Positions 55,369-64,000 of a stretch of DNA of 64,000 nucleotides are shown in pieces. The stretch spans positions 1,054,001 through 1,118,000 of the forward strand of contig OZ251222.1 in the NCBI GenBank assembly GCA_965240325.2. Reading direction: 5' to 3'. A model generated the notes under the pieces. It had not been told where the DNA came from, did no database searches, and saw nothing but the letters and a program-made list of their open reading frames with translations. The translations under genes were made by a program, and so were the position numbers. The stretch is from Rebecca billardiae RCC1528 (taxonomy: Eukaryota; Protista; Haptophyta). The number at the start of each line of letters is the position of its first letter. Position 1 is the first letter of the stretch.

Positions 55369-58300
55369 TCATGCCATCGGCACGTTTGTACCGCCCGTGA
55401 CACGGCGGCTGACGGCATTTGACGATCCAGCTGGCTCGCCAGGCGGCTGGGGCTTGGCTGTTTCCTCCACCAGGCTGAACAGCTTGGCCGCGCGCTTCTT
55501 GGTCGCCGTGCCGCCGCCGCAGATGCTCAGCACGACGGGCACAACCATCAAGCCGGCGGCGAGGCCAAAGAAGACCGTGTTCCAAATGAGCACAAAGACA
55601 GTGCGGAACACGGGCGTTTGCTGCGGGCGCGTGGGCGGCGGCATCGGCGGGCGCACTCGCTCGTGAGTGGGCAGGTGCGGCAAGCCAGCGACGAGTGGGT
55701 ACCGTGCGCATCGTGTCGCCCGGCGGGGGGGACGAGGCAGGAAGGGCGCCGCTTCGGAGCGCGTGCGCGCGCTGTGCGGGCGCGCGCGCGCACGGAGAAG
55801 GCTAGGAAGAAAGTGCCCAGCAGGGTGCTCGCGCCCGCGTTGAGGATGGAGAGGCCCATCGTCGAGCACGCGTGCTTCACCTGCGCGGCGCGGCGGATGG
55901 ACGGCAGCTCGTCAGCGCCAAGCACGCGCGCCCGCGCGCGCCCGCGCGCGCGGACCGCGCCGCGCGCGCATGTGCCCACGTGCCGCGCCGGGGCCGCGCC
56001 GAGGCCGCGCCGCGATGCGCCGCGCCGCGCCGCGCCGCCGCGCCGCGTCGCAGCGCGCGCCTTGTCAATCTGGCTGGGCAGCGGCGAGGTCTCATACGCG
56101 TGTGCGAGGTGGCACGAGTAGTCGATGGCGAGGCCGAGCGCGATGAGCAGCGCGACGGTCGTCATGCAGTGCAGCCGCACGCCGTACAGCACCATCACGC
56201 CGAGCAGCAGCACGTCGATGAACGCGACTGTGAGCGTCGAGAGAATCGAGAGCCGCAGCGGCAGGAAGACCCACACGGAGAAGAAGATGCCGATGGCGGC
56301 GCAGATCAGGTTGCGCAGGCAGAGCCGCGGCATCATGTGGTCGCACACGCCGAACTCGTACCGGTAGTGGTAGATGAACCCGTTGATGTGGTGCCTCTGC
56401 AGCACCTCGTTGATCGCGAGGTACTGTGGGTAAGCCTCAAGGATTACCTTGGGCATCGACGCCGTGAGGATGAACCGCGACGCGTACACGCTCGCCGTGC
56501 CCTCGCGGAGCACGACGTCCGACTTGAAGCCGCGCCCGCCGTGCGCGATGGGCGGCTCGGCCTCCTCCTCCTCCTCGAACGCGTCGCTCGCGTTCAGCCC
56601 CGCCACCGTCCCGTTGCCGCCCGGCCGCGGCTCAGGCGTACACAGCTCACACGTGAGCGGGCAATAGGAGCGCACAATGTGCCATCCGCGCATGCCCTCC
56701 GCGCAGTGCGGCTTGGCCTCCGTGCAGCTGTGCCCGCCCGAGAGCCGGGTGAAGTGCGAGTTCGCGTCGACGCACGGCTTGGAGCGCCGTTTCCGCTGGC
56801 GGCGCGACTCGTGCGGCTCCTCCTCCGCCGCCGCCGCCTCCTCCTCGGGCGGCGAGCTGGAGGTCACGTCGGCCGCGTCGGCAGTGCTGCCGAGCGCTTG
56901 CGTCTCGTGCCCGCCGTGCGCGCGATGCGGCGGGCGCGAATGCCGCTCGCGCAGCTCGCGCGAGAGCAGATTGCGCCCGTGGCGGTGGTGCCGCGAGCCG
57001 TGCCGCCGGCTGCTGCTCGCCTCCGCCGCATCCGCACCCTTCGCCGCCGCGTCCGCACCACCGGCCGCAGGCGGCTCCTCGCCGCTGGCCGCAAGGCCGT
57101 CCGACGCCGTGCCGTTCAAGTCGGGTTCGTCGTAGCCGCCTTCGCCCTCGTCCTCGTACAGGCAGAAGCGGACCGTGCTGTCGTCGAGGAATTCGCGCAC
57201 GCGTGAGAAGTCGGCGAGGGCGCCGCTGGCGAGCGGCACGCCGGTCTCGCGCACGAGCGTGCAGTTGTACCACTCACGGTAGTCCTCCATCCAATTGGTC
57301 ACCACGTCCAGAATGAACGGGAGGGCGGCGATCTCGGCGACCGCGCTCACGACGTCGTTCACCGCGTTCGCGTCGGTGAGCTCGGTGTCGCGCAGGACGA
57401 GCATCACCTGGAAGTCCTGCGTGCCCGTCCAGTACCGGTTGACGTCGTTGAAGAAGTGCAGCGCCACCGAGTCGGACGGCAGCGTCGACTCCATCGGCAG
57501 CCCCAGCTGGATGTGAGGGATGAGGCACACGGCCGCGATCACCGTGATGCCAAAGCCGATGAGCACGGCGATCCGGACGCGCGTGCGCATGAGCCAGTCC
57601 GCGTAGTTGTGCCGCCACCACCGGCCGAGCCGCGAGTTGGTGCAGCCCACCTCGTCCTCGGCGACGCCGAGCGGGTTGGTCGGCGGCCCGTAGATGGAAG
57701 TGGCGCCGTTCGCCGGCGCGCCGTTGCCGTTGCCCTGGGGCTTGGAGTGGTTGTCGGCGGGCGGGTGCACGGCCGTGGTGCCCTTGGGCACGCAGAGCTT
57801 CTCGGGCAGGCAGCGCGCGCAGTCGAGCTCGCCGCTGGCCTGCCGCCGCGCGTCGAGCACGAGCAGCGCGGTGAAGAACGTCACCTGCAGCACGTTGACC
57901 ATCAGCATGGACGCCGCCGCGGGCGCGCACACGAGCTGGATCGACGGCAGGTCCACCATCACGCCCGAGAGGAAGGCCACCATGGTGGTCATCGACGTCA
58001 TCGTGATCGCCGTGCCCGCGTGCGAGAGCGCGAGGCGCACGCGCTCCTCCAGGCTCACCTGCGACGACGTGCGGTCGAACGCGTCCACGATGATGATCAT
58101 GTCGTCCACCGACACGCCAATCAGCGTGAACAGGACGAGCGTGGACACGGACGCGAGCGGCACGCCGATGTACGCGCAGATCCCGAAGCCGGAGGCGAGC
58201 GAGCACACGGTGCAGATGCCGCAGAACGCGCCGAGCGCGGCGCGCGACTTGCGCCGGTCGAGCGTGAAGCCGCCGAGCGTGATGCACACGTACACGAGGA

Positions 58301-59684
58301 TCGAGCTGAAGGTCAGGCACAGAACGTCAATGTCCTTCTTCACAATCGACGACGCGTCGCGCTCGTTGAGCTTGGTGGACCAGTAGGAGAGGGCGAGCTC
58401 GGAGCGCGAGTTGAAGCCCCTCACGACGTCTTGCACGAGCTCCTCCTCCCACACCGCCATCCCGCCGTCGGAGTACGCCGGCACCGACGTGTTGAAGTAG
58501 TACGAGATCTGGAGCGCCTCAGCGAACAGATACTCGGTCCCGTTCTGGTCGAGCTCGATCCGGAGCTCGCCGCCAAAGTCCACCTTGGAGCCGCGCCACG
58601 CGTCGAGCACGGTCGTGTGCCACTGCTCGTCCATCCGGAAGACGGCGCGGTTGAAGTTCCACAGCATGAGCACGGACGAGCTCAGGCACTCCTCGCCCTG
58701 CGCCTGCACAAAGTACCGGCGTGCGCACAGGTCCTCAAACGACATCGCCTGCCCATCCCACGGGACCGCCATGCTCGTCACGTTCTCGTGCAGGTCGAAG
58801 AGCGCCTCCATGTGCTCGCGCGAGACGACGGAGCTGCCGTCGACGTGCGCCTTGACGACGAAGATGCCGGGCTGCGGCCGCTGGCCGAACGTCTCGTCGA
58901 CGAACTTGCGCTGCAGGCCCACCTCGGAGTACTGCGGCACGTACAGCTTCTCAGGCTCCGTCTCAAAGCGCGCAAAGAAGAGCCCGCTGCTCAGACTGGC
59001 GACGAGCAGCACGCTGAAGATGATCGTGAGGATGGGCCGGCGCGCGACGATCACGCCGAGCGCCGAGTACAGCTTCTCGATGATCATCGGCACGTACTTG
59101 CCCTCGTGGCCGCACGCCCGCTCATACAGCTGCAAGTCGCGGAGCGACGCCCGGGCGGGCAGCAGATTGCCCGAGCGCGAGAGCGTGCGCCTCAGCGCGC
59201 CAGGGACGCCCGGCAGGCCGGGCATCGGGAACGGCGACCTCACCAGGCTGTCAGGCGCATTCGGCGAGCCCAGCACCTCGTTCTGGAGCGTGTTCGCGCG
59301 CGAGTGCACGCCGCGCCCCTCCGCCGTGTCGCCGTCCGGCAGCTGCATGCCATCTATGCTGCCGGGCGAGCCGATGCTCGAGCAGTCGCTGCCGCGGCGC
59401 ATCGCGACTTCGGGCGAGATCGGGGCGGAGGCAAAGCCGTCGCCCTCTGACCCGCGGTGCGCCGTCGCGCCCTCGGCCCCCGATGGCGTCGTCAGCGAGT
59501 CTCGGCGCGGATGCGTGTCAGCGTCGGTCCACTCGTCCGCCGACGCATCTTGCGCGCGCTGCCTCCGCGCGCCGAAGCGCGCGCGCGTGCCGGGCGAGGG
59601 CGAGCGGCCGTCGTCGTGGTCGCTAGACTCGGCCGAGGAGCCGGACGCCACTCGCTTCGCCCACACGTACGACGGCGCCGGCAT
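55369..59684 (-). CDS. Patched/NPC1-family sterol-sensing-domain transporter with ShK-like insert, 3 exons
   Basis: FETEPEKLYVP, IGVSVDDM, AGTAITMTSMTT (SSD), GLAIDYSCH, GLSILNAGASTLLG. Introns 55881-56060 (GC-AG) and 55621-55793. Confidence 0.9.
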
Positions 59685-60035
59685 GGCGCAGCGTCTACGC
59701 CCACTTGCGGACGCCGGCAAGTGATTGAGAGCAGTGTGGGCCCCACAGTCGCCCCTTTTCGGATTCGCCTGTGATGGCCGACGAGCGAATCCTGGCCGTG
59801 AATCCGGAGTCCGGCGCGGCCGCCCGGGCGCGGCTGCTTCAAACGAGGATCGATCGCCGCGACCGGTGCAGCGGTGGATCTTCGTCATCGGCTCACGATG
59901 ACTCATCATTGTCTGTGTCAGTGACAGTGTATAACTACATACGTGTACAAGTAGCTGGTCGCCGATGCCTAGATCAGACTGTGTGACAGACAGTCTTCGG
60001 GCACACGAACGGGTCGTCGAGAGCGGAGGTGCGAC

Positions 60036-62162
60036 TCAAGAACGCAGCAAATGACTTGCGCCCGGATCTACAAGCCGGTCGTGTGGGGTGACAAGGAGGG
60101 GGAACGGCAGGCTGTCGAGCAGCGCGACCGTGCCGTCCTCGACCAGCTTGCGCAGGTACGCGCGGTCCGCCTCCACGTGGTGATACACATCGAGCGAGGC
60201 CGTGGGCATTGCGCGGGTGCCGTGGCCAGACGGGCCGCGCTGATAGTCGGCGTGCTCGTACGCACCGGTCGTCGGCCCGCCAGCGCCGCTGCCCAGCGTC
60301 ATGTCGAAGCCGATCGCGTAGATCGGCCGTGCCTGCACGTTCCGAACAGCCCACTCGATCGCGATCGTGCCCGTCAGCGGGTGCTTGACGCTCGGGCCCT
60401 TGGCGCGACGGCGCAGCCGGCCGGGGCGCGCGTGTTCGCCGTTCGGGTTGACGCCTAGAGCGCGCCGCATCTCGCGCATCAGCCCGCGGTAGTAGTACGG
60501 CTCGAGCACCGTCGCGCGCTCGAGCTCGAGGCCGGTGCCGCTCGGCTCGCGCATGCGCGCCTGCAGCACGTCTGGCGGTTCGTCAAACGGCGCGAGCAGC
60601 ACGTGCGAGCGCGGCAGCGTGGCGAGCGGGCGCTCGAGCGCAGGCGTGCCGCGCGTGGCCTTGTGCACGAGCACGTGCGTCGTGCGCGTGCCCGTGACGT
60701 TCCCCCCGGCCATCTCAAAGTCGTTCACCCGCAGCACGCTCCGGCACATGTCGATGTACACGCCGTAAGGCGCGCGCACAGACGGCCCTGAGCCCACCAC
60801 GACCGTCTTGTCGCGCAGGTACTCGCGCCACCAGAGCTGCTCGCGCTCCAGGACGTGCCTGCGCTTGTCCATGCGCGGGCGCACGTCCAGCGGCGTCCAC
60901 GGCTTCGCGCCGAGGTAGTGGATCACCGTGGCCCTCGCGTTCACGCACATCTTCGTGCGCGAGCGCTTGTCCCGCTTGCCAACGTTGAACGGCCGCGGCA
61001 GCAGTCCCTCGAACGAGTGGAAGATGGTGTTGAGCACGGACTGGTCGCCGAACCACCGGGTGGGCACGAGGCGGTCTGGGCAGGGCGGCGCCTGCGCGAT
61101 GAGCAGCAGCTCGCGGAACGTCCTCGCCGCCTGCGCCGGCTCGAGGTACTGCGGCCCGAGCGCGAAGAGGCCAGCGTTGAAGTAGACACGCCCTTGCTTG
61201 CTGCAGATCGGGACCGCGGCAAAGCCGTGCTCGCGCGCCACCTTGCCCACCGTCGGGAGGAAGGGCGCGACGGGCAGCATGTCCGAGGAGTCGACGGAGA
61301 CGACAACCGGGCACGACGAGAGGAGGAGCACCTGCATGCGCAGGTAGAACGACAGGCGCACCGGCGGCGTGAACATGTCGTTGGCGCGCATCCGGATCAC
61401 TCGACCATCCCGCACGTACGCTGGCAGCTGGAGCACGCCGCCCGTGCGGTTCCCGTCCCAGGTGGGCATGAGCGGCTCGAGGAAGAAGGTGCGATCGTAG
61501 ACGCGGCGGAGCGTCTCCTTCTGCCCCTGCGCGAGCGTCGCGCCCACGCACCCGTCCACCGCGACGAACGGCGCGTCGAAGCTCGGGTCGGAGCGCACGA
61601 GCGATCGCATGAAGACAGCATGCCCCGTCAGGTACCACGGGTTGGCGCCGCCGAGGAGCGAGGTGAGGCAGAGCTTGCACCGCGCGCGCTGGATGGCGCC
61701 GGTGAGGCCACTACGCTGCTCAAACTCGCGCACGTGCCTCTGAGCCGCCAGCGCGAAGTGCTGCGCGCACGCGCCCGCGCGCGCCGGTTGCAGCAGCCCG
61801 CCAGTTCGCTCGTCCACTTCCATCGCCTCGCCCCTCGAGCCGCACAGCTTGCGCCAGTCGGTGGCGGCAGCGCAGCCGCGCCGGCCGGGGCTACACGGCG
61901 GTAGCTCCGACTGCACCGTCGCGCACCGGAAGCACCGGCACGGGTGCAGGGTCGGGCACGTGGCTGGGGTGCGCGCGTGCCACTCGTACAGCCACCCGTC
62001 GCCGCGGCCATTCCGCGCGAGGCAATCGGCCGGCGCGGCCGGCTGTGGCATGGCGCACTGCATCGACGCGCCGCATCTCACCGTGGCCTCGGCTCGCGCG
62101 TGCCGCAAGAGTGCACTGCACGCGCTCAGCACGATGATTCCGGGCGCGAGCCGCAGCCCCAT
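60036..62162 (-). CDS. Two-domain glycosyltransferase: GT8-like plus GT29 (sialyltransferase-like)
   Basis: GT8: VDSSDML, YFNAGLF, GDQSVLN, IHYLGAKPW. GT29: VVVGSGPS..YG..ID....V.RVN....GTRTT (motif L), PLTG..AI....IYAIGF (motif S), YHHVEAD. Confidence 0.78.
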   Translation of the reverse strand: MGLRLAPGIIVLSACSALLRHARAEATVRCGASMQCAMPQPAAPADCLARNGRGDGWLYEWHARTPATCPTLHPCRCFRCATVQSELPPCSPGRRGCAAATDWRKLCGSRGEAMEVDERTGGLLQPARAGACAQHFALAAQRHVREFEQRSGLTGAIQRARCKLCLTSLLGGANPWYLTGHAVFMRSLVRSDPSFDAPFVAVDGCVGATLAQGQKETLRRVYDRTFFLEPLMPTWDGNRTGGVLQLPAYVRDGRVIRMRANDMFTPPVRLSFYLRMQVLLLSSCPVVVSVDSSDMLPVAPFLPTVGKVAREHGFAAVPICSKQGRVYFNAGLFALGPQYLEPAQAARTFRELLLIAQAPPCPDRLVPTRWFGDQSVLNTIFHSFEGLLPRPFNVGKRDKRSRTKMCVNARATVIHYLGAKPWTPLDVRPRMDKRRHVLEREQLWWREYLRDKTVVVGSGPSVRAPYGVYIDMCRSVLRVNDFEMAGGNVTGTRTTHVLVHKATRGTPALERPLATLPRSHVLLAPFDEPPDVLQARMREPSGTGLELERATVLEPYYYRGLMREMRRALGVNPNGEHARPGRLRRRAKGPSVKHPLTGTIAIEWAVRNVQARPIYAIGFDMTLGSGAGGPTTGAYEHADYQRGPSGHGTRAMPTASLDVYHHVEADRAYLRKLVEDGTVALLDSLPFPLLVTPHDRLVDPGASHLLRS

Positions 62163-62544
62163 GCTGGGGCGAGGTCGCCCGAAAAGGACGAAAGGGCGGA
62201 AAGGCCGCCTCAACCGCCGTGCGGTTGCGGTACACGATGGCGGCGGACCCCGTCACCACTGTGACCAAGTCCACCGCAAGCCGCCCCAACTCCCACTGAG
62301 CAGTGCAGGCTGTTCGTCCGTCGGTCAGACGTACCCGGTGGACATCAGCATTGTCACTGCCAATGCACTACTGTGCCATGGCCACAGTGGGTGCCGCCGG
62401 GCCCGCCGGGGCTGCTAGTGCAGCGCGCCAATGCCCGTGGCCCGTCGCCCCGTCGGGATGAAAGTGGACCGATGGACGGTCATCTGCCGTCTGGGCCGAT
62501 GGGTGGCGGCGCATTCGACGGGGCGGTGGGAGGCGACACGGTGC

Positions 62545-63780
62545 TCACTCCGCGTCCCACACCTCGGAGCCGGGGGCGATGCCGGTGCCGCGGGCGTCGG
62601 CCTCGCCCGTCGGCGTCAGGCGCAGCCTGCACTGTCCGCCAGACTCCACCTGCCACTCGCGGACGGCGCGGCATACCGGGGCGGCCTCGAGGGCCTTGGC
62701 GGCCGTCAGGCGCTTCTGCATCTCCGCGTACGCGTCGCACGCCGACCGCACGACGGGCTCGAGCCCGGCGAGGTCGCGCTCGAGCCGGTCCCTCGCGAGC
62801 TCGTACAGCCGCTTGTCGCCGCGCGCCTTGTCGTCAATCAGTGCGTGCAGCTCGGCAATCTCGGCGTCCGAGTAGTACGGCCACGGCCCGGGCGGCACCT
62901 CCTTCGTGCCCTTCGCCTTCTTGTCCGCGGCGGACTCCCACTGGCGCGCGTAGTGCGGGCACACGGGCAGCCCGACGCGCGAGCACACGAGGAACACCGC
63001 CTGCGCGAACTGCGCCATCACGCCGACCACGTCGAACGCATCCAGCACGCGCGGCAGGTCGGGAAATCCTTTCTGCACGAACCGGCCGGCGTGCGGGTGC
63101 ATCTCGGGCAGCCCCTTGCGGTGGCGCGAGGCCCAGGAGGCGTTGATCACGAAGCCCGAGCCGCCGAGCAGGTGCCCCAGCTGCGGGCTCTCCGCCGCCT
63201 CGATGTACGACCGCATGTCCACCTTTTTGAACTTGTACACGAGCTGGTACCTGTACACGGACGCAAACCAGCCGCGCGGCTCGCGCACGATCAGCACCGC
63301 GACGGCGCGGTGGTGCGCCGGAGCGCGGCGGATGGAGCGGATGCGGGCGAGGTCGGCGGCGAGCGAGGTGCTCATGTCCGTCGACACGTGGTACTCCACC
63401 GCCGCCTGCACGCGCTTGTCGAGGAGGCCGTTCGCACAGCGCTCGTACTTGTCGGTCGCCTCGCGCCGCCGCTTGCCCGCGCCGTAGAAGCAGTAGTGCG
63501 TGGGCGCCGGGTAGACCGACTGCGTGTGCCAGTCGAGCGTCGACAGGCTCAGCCGCTCCCACACGCCGCGCATCGTGGTGCCGGCGCACTTCACGATGTG
63601 GCGGACGATCACAAGGCGGCACTTGATGTCGCCGTCGGGCGCGCCGTCTATCGACGGCATGGCAAAGCCGTCGCGGCACGCGACGGACGGGACGGCGGGC
63701 GAGGACAGCGCGCCGGGCTGCGATTGCCCGGCCGCGAGCACCACCAGCATCCCGACGGGGCTCACGCGCACGAGGCGCAT
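62545..63780 (-). CDS. Golgi-type sulfotransferase (Sulfotransfer_2 / Gal3ST-like)
   Basis: HIVKCAGTT (5'-PSB loop), VLIVREPRGWFASVYRY (3'-PB), FDVVG, D.RLYELA. Confidence 0.8.
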   Translation of the reverse strand: MRLVRVSPVGMLVVLAAGQSQPGALSSPAVPSVACRDGFAMPSIDGAPDGDIKCRLVIVRHIVKCAGTTMRGVWERLSLSTLDWHTQSVYPAPTHYCFYGAGKRRREATDKYERCANGLLDKRVQAAVEYHVSTDMSTSLAADLARIRSIRRAPAHHRAVAVLIVREPRGWFASVYRYQLVYKFKKVDMRSYIEAAESPQLGHLLGGSGFVINASWASRHRKGLPEMHPHAGRFVQKGFPDLPRVLDAFDVVGVMAQFAQAVFLVCSRVGLPVCPHYARQWESAADKKAKGTKEVPPGPWPYYSDAEIAELHALIDDKARGDKRLYELARDRLERDLAGLEPVVRSACDAYAEMQKRLTAAKALEAAPVCRAVREWQVESGGQCRLRLTPTGEADARGTGIAPGSEVWDAE

Positions 63781-64000
63781 CGCGCGAGCGGCGCTGGAAT
63801 CAGTTCGCGCTGTCGCGCCACCCTTGCTTGACTTTTACTCGGATGGCACGATGGCCGCCCGAGCCGATCGAAAGGCCCAAGCCGAAAGTTCGACCGGAAA
63901 GGCCCGGCGCTGGGCACGGAGCCAGCAGCGCGAGCCACTGGCCGCGTGACGGCCACGATCAGGATGGCGAAGAGTGACAGCCTCGCGCGCAAGCGCGCTC

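Noticed and set aside
63964-64000. Start of a plus-strand gene (MAKSDSLARKRA...)
   Set aside because: Only 12 codons before the window edge, too short to support.

Overview
This is a very GC-rich, gene-dense eukaryotic nuclear window. Short spliceosomal introns with GTGCGC-type donors and one GC-AG intron, plus a Tab2 gene with a signal-peptide-led leader, suggest an alga with a secondary plastid; a haptophyte is an inference only. About 27 protein-coding genes are supportable: a RidA-family protein, glutamate decarboxylase, an RRM protein, TMEM184/OSTalpha, several glycosyl- and sulfotransferases, FMO, DUF924, PARP, Tab2, SLX1, TRM112, a PanE-like reductase, a 2OG-Fe(II) oxygenase, GH5, SWEET, Oxa1, ribokinase and a Patched/NPC1-family protein. 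Three non-coding islands (18.4-22.4, 36.2-38.8 and 44.5-49.2 kb) are mostly non-autonomous mobile elements. These are two long-TIR foldback elements, an A..A'B..B' element whose internal junction is the reverse complement of its own circle junction (DIRS ICR-like), two Helitron2/Helentron-like copies, and two related TIR elements stacked at one target site. The most unusual proteins are a cNMP-binding domain fused to a mitochondrial-carrier-like fold, a PARP with PARP1-type zinc fingers on a PARP3-type catalytic domain, a GT8-GT29 fusion, an RWDD3-DUF167 fusion and a sulfotransferase with a charge-reversed PAPS loop. All family calls come from motif recognition by eye; no searches were run. 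No rRNA, tRNA or CRISPR array was recognised.
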